This document shows, piece by piece, positions 57,620-64,000 of a stretch of 64,000 nucleotides of DNA. The notes beneath the pieces were generated by a model. It made no database searches and was not told the origin of the DNA. It saw nothing but the letters and a program-made list of their open reading frames with translations. This DNA is from an uncultured delta proteobacterium (lineage in GTDB: Bacteria > Desulfobacterota > BSN033 > UBA1163). The first letter of the stretch is position 1. Every line of letters begins with the position of its first letter. The position numbers were made by a program, and so were the translations under genes. The DNA lies in NCBI GenBank assembly GCA_963827685.1, contig CAWHBU010000002.1, positions 576,001 through 640,000 of the forward strand, given 5' to 3'.

Positions 57620-58947
57620 CAGTGCTGTCCGGTTAAGAATTGAATAAAGACAATTGGTTACAGAAATCGGGTTTTTTAATATCATCAAAAAAACCTGAAA
57701 GCACCTGATAAATGGGGTTTTTCTCGAATAAAGTGATGCTCAAGATTTGCAGGATTTCGTTGAGACTTCGGTCGAGTTTCAATTCTTTCTTGATAATAGC
57801 GGAGAGAACATAAATACTTATTGCAATCCAGATTTGGGTTTTCACTGCATTCTCGGAGGTTCCATAAAAGGATTTGATTCGAAGGTGCTGTTTGATCCAC
57901 TTGAAGAAGAGTTCCACCTGCCAGCGGCATTTGTACAGTTGGGTAATGGTCAGAGGGTTGAGCATAAAATTGTTTGTCAGGAATACGAATCGTTTGGACG
58001 TTACGATATCGAAATAGCTGATCCGGCGAAGGGGATCGGGATATTCCTGGGAGGTCTTTGGGCCATTGAGAAGAATCGTTTGATCGCTTCGGAGTCCCGT
58101 GGTTTTGTCGACGAGGCGGTAGCTTCGACGAGTGCAATCGAGATTTCTCTTGGCGCGAATGATAAAGAAGGCTGAATGGAGGGCGAACACATACAGGCGG
58201 GCAAAATCGATATAGCCGCGATCCATAATGTAAAAAGAGCCAGGCTCTAAGATCAATTGGTCGAGGAGATTGACGTCGTGAACATTGCCTTCGGTAACGC
58301 GGATAAAGCAGGGGATACTGCCATGGAGGTCCATCAGCGTATGGAGTTTGATGGCGCCTTTGCGTTTGCGAAAATGGGCCCAAGGAAAAAGCGAGAGACA
58401 GAGATCGATCGTCGTCGAATCGAAGGCATAGGCGGCTTGATCCAAGAGCACGCCGAAATCTTCTTTGGCATACAGGTACCTTGCTCTTCGGATCAGCACT
58501 TGAGCAAAATCGGCGTAGATCCGCCAGTCTCTGTTTTCGTTGGCTTCGGCCAGGGTGCTTCGAGCGACTTTGCTCCGAATCCCTACATGGTAGAGTTTGG
58601 ACTGCAAGGCGCGCAAGCACGTTTCGGTCTCGCGAAGACTTTCTCGGTAAGTAAGCTGGGCGAAGGCCATGCAGAGAAATTGATCGAAACAGGAAAATCT
58701 TCGGACTCGGTAATTGCCTTGGTATCTTCGCACACACTTGTTGAATTCGTGTTTGGGCAGAAAGTTTATGAGTTGTGAAAAGATCATTCGTCCACAGTGC
58801 ATTGACCATTCCTTTCCACTCTGAGATGGAAGTATTATGGCCAATAAAAGCAGACGATCTGAAATCGAAAACGGTCATTGTTATGTTTATCCTATTAACA
58901 TTGTTTAACATTGTCAGTTTTTAAAAATCCTTAACCGGACAGTACTG
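57620..58947 (-). mobile_element. IS4-family insertion sequence (1328 bp)
   Basis: 18-bp TIR CAGTGCTGTCCGGTTAAG (17/18 match); 9-bp target duplication ATATAAAAT (57611-57619, 58948-58956). Confidence 0.95.
57633..58802 (-). CDS. IS4 transposase (DUF4372 + DDE)
   Basis: FAQLTYRESLRE, DSTTI, DRGY, YKCRWQVELFFKWIKQ. Confidence 0.95.
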   Translation of the reverse strand: MHCGRMIFSQLINFLPKHEFNKCVRRYQGNYRVRRFSCFDQFLCMAFAQLTYRESLRETETCLRALQSKLYHVGIRSKVARSTLAEANENRDWRIYADFAQVLIRRARYLYAKEDFGVLLDQAAYAFDSTTIDLCLSLFPWAHFRKRKGAIKLHTLMDLHGSIPCFIRVTEGNVHDVNLLDQLILEPGSFYIMDRGYIDFARLYVFALHSAFFIIRAKRNLDCTRRSYRLVDKTTGLRSDQTILLNGPKTSQEYPDPLRRISYFDIVTSKRFVFLTNNFMLNPLTITQLYKCRWQVELFFKWIKQHLRIKSFYGTSENAVKTQIWIAISIYVLSAIIKKELKLDRSLNEILQILSITLFEKNPIYQVLSGFFDDIKKPDFCNQLSLFNS

Positions 58948-59028
58948 ATATAAAATATATATTTGGGTCAAATTTCTTGAGCCTCCATCCACTGGCTTGG
59001 GGGCAGGCAGGGCACGCAAGGGGTGGGA

Positions 59029-59352
59029 ATGCCAAAAGAAAAATTTGAAGATGCGCTCAATAAACTGGAAAAAATCGTTTCTAAATTAGAGGAAGGGGAT
59101 ATTCCTCTGGAAGAGTCATTGAAACTCTTTGAAGAAGGAATCCGACTTTCGCGATTTTGTAACCAGAGGCTGGATGAGGCAGAGAAGAAAGTGGAGATTC
59201 TTTTGAAGGGGAAGGATGGAGTGCTTAAGGCACATCCTTTTGATCCTTCGGCAAGCTCAGGACAAGCTCCTTCGATAAACTCGGGACAACCTTCTTCGGT
59301 CGGCTCAGGTCAGACTCCTCTGGCTGACTCGGAGGAGGAAGAGGAAGAATAG
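59029..59352 (+). CDS. xseB: Exodeoxyribonuclease VII small subunit with repeat-derived tail
   Basis: FEDALNKLEKIV...LEESLKLFEEG...LDEAEKKV. Confidence 0.94.
   Translation: MPKEKFEDALNKLEKIVSKLEEGDIPLEESLKLFEEGIRLSRFCNQRLDEAEKKVEILLKGKDGVLKAHPFDPSASSGQAPSINSGQPSSVGSGQTPLADSEEEEEE
59245..59340 (+). repeat. In-frame 24-bp tandem repeat (3-4 copies) of the CCTTCGGCAAGCTCAGGACA motif
   Basis: Encodes PSASSGQA-PSINSGQP-SSVGSGQT. 21-bp exact match (59244-59264) to intergenic 2071-2091. Confidence 0.85.
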
Positions 59353-59409
59353 GTTTGGATGGATATGAGGGGATTCCTTTCAAGAGAATATTGATTAAAG
59401 GAATAGTGA

Positions 59410-61362
59410 ATGATGACAAGAATGTTAGATCAAATACACGCGTCTCACGATGTTAAGAAATTAGACCCTGAGGAGTTGGAGAGTCTCTGCCATGAGATAC
59501 GGGAAGAGATCATCTCCGTTGTTTCGAAAAACGGAGGACACCTGGCTTCGAATCTCGGGGTGGTAGAGCTGACCACTGCCCTCCACTATGTTTTCGACTT
59601 TCCAAGGGACAAAATCATATGGGATGTGGGCCATCAAAGCTACGTCCATAAGCTTTTAACAGGGAGAAAGGATCGCTTCCATACTCTGAGACAATACGAA
59701 GGGATAAGTGGTTTTCCGAAAAGGGAAGAGAGCCCTTATGACGCCTTCGATTCCGGCCATAGCGGGACTTCTATCTCCTCAGCTCTTGGGATGGCAGAGG
59801 CCCGAAGGCTCAGAGGCGAAGAGGGAAGGGTCATCGCGGTGATCGGGGACGGGTCCATGACCGCAGGTCTTGCCTTTGAAGGCCTTAATCAAACAGGACA
59901 TATTGACCAAGATCTCATTGTTATCCTGAATGACAATGAGATGTCCATCTCTCCGAATGTCGGAGCCCTCTCCTCTTATCTGAACCGACTCATGACGGGT
60001 CAATTCGCATACCGTTTCCGAAATGAGATAAAGAATTTTTTGGAAAGCCTTCCTCCTCGGATCGGGAAGAAACTCCTTCGTTTTGCCAAACACGCAGAGG
60101 AGTCGCTAAAAGGTCTCTTAATCCCTGGACTCCTTTTTGAAGAATTGGGTCTGCAATATATCGGACCGATCGACGGCCATCGTATGGATTACCTGATTGA
60201 GACGTTTCAGAATATTAAGAAATTGCGAGGACCCATTCTCGTCCATGTGATCACCCAAAAGGGAAAAGGGTATCTCCCTGCAGAGATGAATCCTGACCGC
60301 TTTCATGGCGTCCCACCCTTTGTCATCGAGACGGGAGAACTCAGAAGCGGTCAAAACAATCCTCCTACTTATACGGATGTTTTTGGAGAAACGCTCTGCC
60401 AACTGGCGAAGGAGAATAAGCGGCTGATCGCTGTCACGGCTGCCATGCAGAGCGGAACAGGTCTGGAGGAATTTGCGAGGCAGTTTCCTGATCGATTTTA
60501 TGATATTGGCATCGCCGAACAGCATGCGGTTACTTTTGCGGCAGGGCTTGCTCTCGAGGGTATGAAGCCTGTGGTCGCCATTTATTCCACTTTTTTGCAG
60601 AGGGCTTACGACCAGGTCCTTCAGGATGTTTGTCTGCAGAACCTTCCCGTCGTCTTTGCATTAGACCGTGGAGGAATTGTGGGAGAAGATGGTCCGACTC
60701 ACCACGGTCTGTTTGATTTCTCTTATCTCCGTCACATCCCCAATCTTATCATCATGGTTCCCAAAGATGAAAACGAATTTCAACATATGATCAAGACCGC
60801 AACCGAGTGCCCTTTCCCGGCGGCATTCCGGTATCCGAGGGGAAGAGGGGTAGGAGTGAAGAGAGACGCGTCCCTTCAATCGATTGACCTTGGAAAAGGA
60901 GAGGTTCTGAGAGAGGGGCAGCACATTCTCATCATCGCTATTGGTACCACGGTTTATCCCTCACTCCGCGCCGCAGAAAAGTTGGCGGACACCGGGATTC
61001 AGGCAACCGTGATCAATAGTCGGTTTCTAAAGCCTCTGGATGGAAACCTCCTTTGCGATTGGGCGATGAGGACCGGGAAAGTCCTTACCGTTGAGGAGAA
61101 TGTTCTCCAGGGAGGCTTCGGAAGTGCGGTGCTCGAGCTTTTTCAAGAGAGAGGTCTGATTTCTATTCAAGTGAAGCGATTAGGGATCCCCGACATCTTC
61201 GTAGAACATGGGCCACAAGCTCTGCTCAGAGAAAAATATGGAATTGATGAGAATGGAATTTTTAAAGGGGTAAAGAAGATGTTTGAAGAAGAATGGTCAG
61301 GGTCTATTCATACGAACCAGTCTGAAACCTCCATGGGTGGAGATTTTCCTAACCCCAAATAG
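59410..61362 (+). CDS. dxs: 1-deoxy-D-xylulose-5-phosphate synthase
   Basis: [38 protein letters not shown]. Confidence 0.97.
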   Translation: MMTRMLDQIHASHDVKKLDPEELESLCHEIREEIISVVSKNGGHLASNLGVVELTTALHYVFDFPRDKIIWDVGHQSYVHKLLTGRKDRFHTLRQYEGISGFPKREESPYDAFDSGHSGTSISSALGMAEARRLRGEEGRVIAVIGDGSMTAGLAFEGLNQTGHIDQDLIVILNDNEMSISPNVGALSSYLNRLMTGQFAYRFRNEIKNFLESLPPRIGKKLLRFAKHAEESLKGLLIPGLLFEELGLQYIGPIDGHRMDYLIETFQNIKKLRGPILVHVITQKGKGYLPAEMNPDRFHGVPPFVIETGELRSGQNNPPTYTDVFGETLCQLAKENKRLIAVTAAMQSGTGLEEFARQFPDRFYDIGIAEQHAVTFAAGLALEGMKPVVAIYSTFLQRAYDQVLQDVCLQNLPVVFALDRGGIVGEDGPTHHGLFDFSYLRHIPNLIIMVPKDENEFQHMIKTATECPFPAAFRYPRGRGVGVKRDASLQSIDLGKGEVLREGQHILIIAIGTTVYPSLRAAEKLADTGIQATVINSRFLKPLDGNLLCDWAMRTGKVLTVEENVLQGGFGSAVLELFQERGLISIQVKRLGIPDIFVEHGPQALLREKYGIDENGIFKGVKKMFEEEWSGSIHTNQSETSMGGDFPNPK

Positions 61363-61423
61363 ATTTAGGCAATTTGTGACCCCTCAAACGGACAGGACGT
61401 CTTATCAAGTTCATCCCTGTGAA

Positions 61424-62200
61424 ATGGTGAGAAAAGAGCGTTTCGACAAACTTTTAGTAGAGAAAGGGATGGTACAAAGCCGTGAAAAGGCTATGGCCTT
61501 GATCATGGCAGGGAAAGTGGCTGTCGCAGGGAAGAGGATCGATAAACCTGGGATTCAACTAAATGTAGACGCCCAGCTCGAACTTCATGGAGGGGATTCC
61601 TCTTATGTGAGTCGGGGGGGCGAAAAAATGGAAGGTGCCCTCAAGACGTTTGGCGTTGATCCCAAGGGAATGGTCGCGATGGATGTAGGGGCTTCTACCG
61701 GAGGGTTCACAGATTGTATTCTTCAGAAAGGGGCAAACAAAGTTTATGCCGTGGATGTTGGATATGGGCAGCTGGCATGGAGACTTCAAAAAGACCCTCG
61801 AGTCGTGAACCTGGAGAGGAGAAACATTCGTTATCTAAAGAGGGAGGAGGTTCGAGAGGAAATAGATTTGATCCTTATTGATACCTCTTTCATATCCATC
61901 GAAAAATTTCTTCCTCATCTCCTCGGGTTTCTTAAAAAAGGAGGTGCCATTCTCAGCCTCATCAAACCCCAATTTGAGGTGAAAAAGGGAGAGGTGGGCA
62001 GAGGAGGGGTGGTGAGAGACAAGGCGTTGCATGAAAAAGTGATTGAAAGGATTTCAAACTTCAGTCGAGGACTGGGACTGAAAGTTCTGGGTGTCACGGA
62101 GTCTCCACTGCTCGGCCCCAAAGGGAATAAGGAGTTTTTCATTTACCTGAAAAAAGAGAATGAAGAGGATGGGCAAAACCAAGGAACCCGAACCGGCTAA
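61424..62200 (+). CDS. tlyA: TlyA family rRNA 2'-O-methyltransferase
   Basis: YVSRGGEK, DVGASTGGFTD, IKPQFE, GPKGNKEF. Confidence 0.95.
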   Translation: MVRKERFDKLLVEKGMVQSREKAMALIMAGKVAVAGKRIDKPGIQLNVDAQLELHGGDSSYVSRGGEKMEGALKTFGVDPKGMVAMDVGASTGGFTDCILQKGANKVYAVDVGYGQLAWRLQKDPRVVNLERRNIRYLKREEVREEIDLILIDTSFISIEKFLPHLLGFLKKGGAILSLIKPQFEVKKGEVGRGGVVRDKALHEKVIERISNFSRGLGLKVLGVTESPLLGPKGNKEFFIYLKKENEEDGQNQGTRTG

Positions 62201-62714
62201 ACTTTTTATGAGCGTCATTACTTTAGAAAATGACATCTTTCATCAGGGAGTGAATGACCTCCGGTCAGCCTTTGGCGAGGCCGATAGTATCAGTGAAAGG
62301 TTTCCCTTTGATTTTACCGATTATTACTCCAAGGAGATGGGAAAGCCTCTATTCCGTCACTTCATTACTTTCCAACGCCTCATACCGATCCCCATCCTTC
62401 CTGATATTAAACGGACTACCAATCACCTTGAAGAAACCTATATGACTCCTCATGGGGATCGCCGACTCAACATCGACCCGGGATACATCTGTTTAGAGCA
62501 TGTGATCCTCGCTACGACCAAGGGGTATACCCATCGGCCCTATCTCAGGGATGGCATTTATGCTGATTTAACGTTAATCTATCGGAATAAGTCCTTTCAA
62601 CCCTTGGAGTGGACCTATCCCGACTATCGACAAAAGGGGGTCATCACGCTCTTTAACCAATTTCGAAAAAAATACTTGGAAAATTTAAGAGGAGGAGAAC
62701 ACCATCCATGTTGA
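62169..62714 (+). CDS. DUF4416 family protein
   Basis: TDYY..EMG, NIDPGY, WTYPDY; upstream of yicC. Confidence 0.8.
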   Translation: MGKTKEPEPAKLFMSVITLENDIFHQGVNDLRSAFGEADSISERFPFDFTDYYSKEMGKPLFRHFITFQRLIPIPILPDIKRTTNHLEETYMTPHGDRRLNIDPGYICLEHVILATTKGYTHRPYLRDGIYADLTLIYRNKSFQPLEWTYPDYRQKGVITLFNQFRKKYLENLRGGEHHPC

Positions 62715-63586
62715 AGTCGATGACAGGTTTTGGAAGGGCAGAAGGGGATACGACCTTAGGGAAGGTGGTCGTGGAGTCTCGCTCTGTGAATCACCGATAT
62801 TGTGACATCAGCATCAAACTCCCTAAACGTCTAAGCCTTTTTGAAAACCGTGTCAAGGAAATTATCCGATCCCAACTGTCAAGAGGAAAGATCGATGTTT
62901 CGCTCAGGCTGGACAACCTCGGGGAGCAAAAAGTTCAACTCAGTGTGGACCTTGACCTTGCCGAACAGTATTATCGGGTCCTTCATGGCTTGAAGGAGAA
63001 ACTTCAATTGAAAGATGAAATTACCTTAAATTTGTTGGCCGGGGCGAAGGACTTGATTACCGCAAAAGAAGAATCGGGGGATGTCGAGCCTTACTGGCAG
63101 GAGGTTCTCCCGATTTTGAAGCAATCTCTTAAAAGCATGGACGAGATGAAACGGTTGGAGGGAGAATCCCTCACCAAAGATCTCCAACTTCGATTAGAGC
63201 ACATTGCTAAACAGTTGCAAATGATCAAACAGCAATTTCCCTCCCGGCTCCAGGACAGTCTTACCCGACTTCGTGATAGGCTTCGGTCTCTTTTGGAAGG
63301 GATGGAGATCGATTCCTCACGTTTTCAACAGGAGGTCGCCTTCATGGCAGAGAGGACGGACATCACCGAAGAGATCGTCCGGGCAGAAAGTCACTTCGCT
63401 CAATTTAACACCCTGTTAGAGGGGAAGGAGCTGGTGGGTCGGAAAATGGATTTTTTACTTCAGGAGATTCATCGGGAAGTGAACACCGTCAGTGCCAAGG
63501 CCAATGATGCAGAGATCTCCCAGAAAGTGGTAGAGATTAAGTCTGAACTGGAAAAGATTCGGGAACAGGTGCAAAACATCGAATGA
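62708..63586 (+). CDS. yicC: YicC/YloC family endoribonuclease
   Basis: SMTGFG, SVNHR, DITEEI, GRKMDFLLQE, REQVQNIE. Confidence 0.95.
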   Translation: MLKSMTGFGRAEGDTTLGKVVVESRSVNHRYCDISIKLPKRLSLFENRVKEIIRSQLSRGKIDVSLRLDNLGEQKVQLSVDLDLAEQYYRVLHGLKEKLQLKDEITLNLLAGAKDLITAKEESGDVEPYWQEVLPILKQSLKSMDEMKRLEGESLTKDLQLRLEHIAKQLQMIKQQFPSRLQDSLTRLRDRLRSLLEGMEIDSSRFQQEVAFMAERTDITEEIVRAESHFAQFNTLLEGKELVGRKMDFLLQEIHREVNTVSAKANDAEISQKVVEIKSELEKIREQVQNIE

Positions 63587-63624
63587 GTTTTGTATATGAA
63601 AAGGGTTTTGGGTTCAAGCACGAG

Positions 63625-64000
63625 ATGAGAGAAAAAGGAGCAGGATTGATTTTTGTTATTTCTGCGCCGTCAGGCACGGGGAAGACCACTTTGGTCAGAG
63701 AGGTGATCCGGCAGTTGCCGGGTCTTCAATTCTCTGTTTCCTTTACCACCCGTTTACCCCGGCCCAATGAGAAGGAGGGGGAGGACTATCATTTTGTTAC
63801 CCACTCCGTCTTTCAGAAAATGGTGGAAAAAAACGAGTTTTTAGAGTGGGCAGAGGTATTGGGGAACCGTTATGGAACACCCCGGCCGGATTTGAGAAAA
63901 TTGGTATCAGAAGAGGTCGACCTCATTCTCGATATTGATACGCAGGGAGCGAAGAAGGTCATGAAGGAGATTGGCCAACCCGTATTGATTTACCTCCTGC
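63625..64000 (+). CDS. gmk: Guanylate kinase, 3'-truncated by the window edge
   Basis: Own translation: MREKGAGLIFVISAPSGTGKTT...SVSFTTR...EGEDYHF...FLEWAEV.GNRYGT...LDIDTQGA. Confidence 0.95.
   Translation, partial: MREKGAGLIFVISAPSGTGKTTLVREVIRQLPGLQFSVSFTTRLPRPNEKEGEDYHFVTHSVFQKMVEKNEFLEWAEVLGNRYGTPRPDLRKLVSEEVDLILDIDTQGAKKVMKEIGQPVLIYLL

Noticed and set aside
57685-58911. 408-aa alternative-frame ORF over the IS4 transposase
   Set aside because: Arg/Ser/Pro-rich with no recognisable motif; explained as a shadow frame of the transposase.
1-64000. CRISPR array
   Set aside because: No run of identical 25-45-bp repeats with unique spacers. The tandem arrays are contiguous short units, and no cas genes are present.

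Overview
A 64-kb chromosomal window, most likely from an anaerobic deltaproteobacterium (Desulfobacterota-like gene order and protein types; this is inference). Most of it is housekeeping: nrdJ-ferredoxin; ispE-spoVG-tRNA-Gln-prs-rplY-pth-ychF; argF-pyrC-pyrB...pyrE; an OadA/PycB-like carboxyltransferase; yceD-rpmF-plsX-(acyl-CoA dehydrogenase)-fabD-fabG-acpP-fabF-rpiB-dCMP deaminase-nrdR-ribDE-ribBA-ribH-nusB; ilvE; plsY; thyA; folE2-queD; xseAB-dxs-tlyA-yicC-gmk. There are two accessory regions. (1) About 15.3-23.9 kb is an integrase-less integron cassette array (CALIN-like, minus strand). One attC site has been split by an IS1182-derived MITE and by an unusual 3.1-kb element that carries TWO different DDE transposases inside one pair of 45-bp inverted repeats, with an IS630 inserted next to it. 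A second attC carries the same IS1182-type end at the same AAC position. (2) About 45.2-51.4 kb, next to tRNA-Pro, holds an orphan histidine kinase plus TPR lipoprotein, small ORFs, a sigma54 promoter and several small-RNA candidates. Intergenic DNA is saturated with at least eight families of palindromic or tandem mini-repeats that nest inside each other, and two of them have entered protein-coding genes in frame (ispE, xseB). An acyl-CoA dehydrogenase occupies the usual fabH position. Frameshifts in ispE, prs and xseA fall mostly at homopolymers and look like sequencing errors. I saw no CRISPR array, rRNA or integron integrase.
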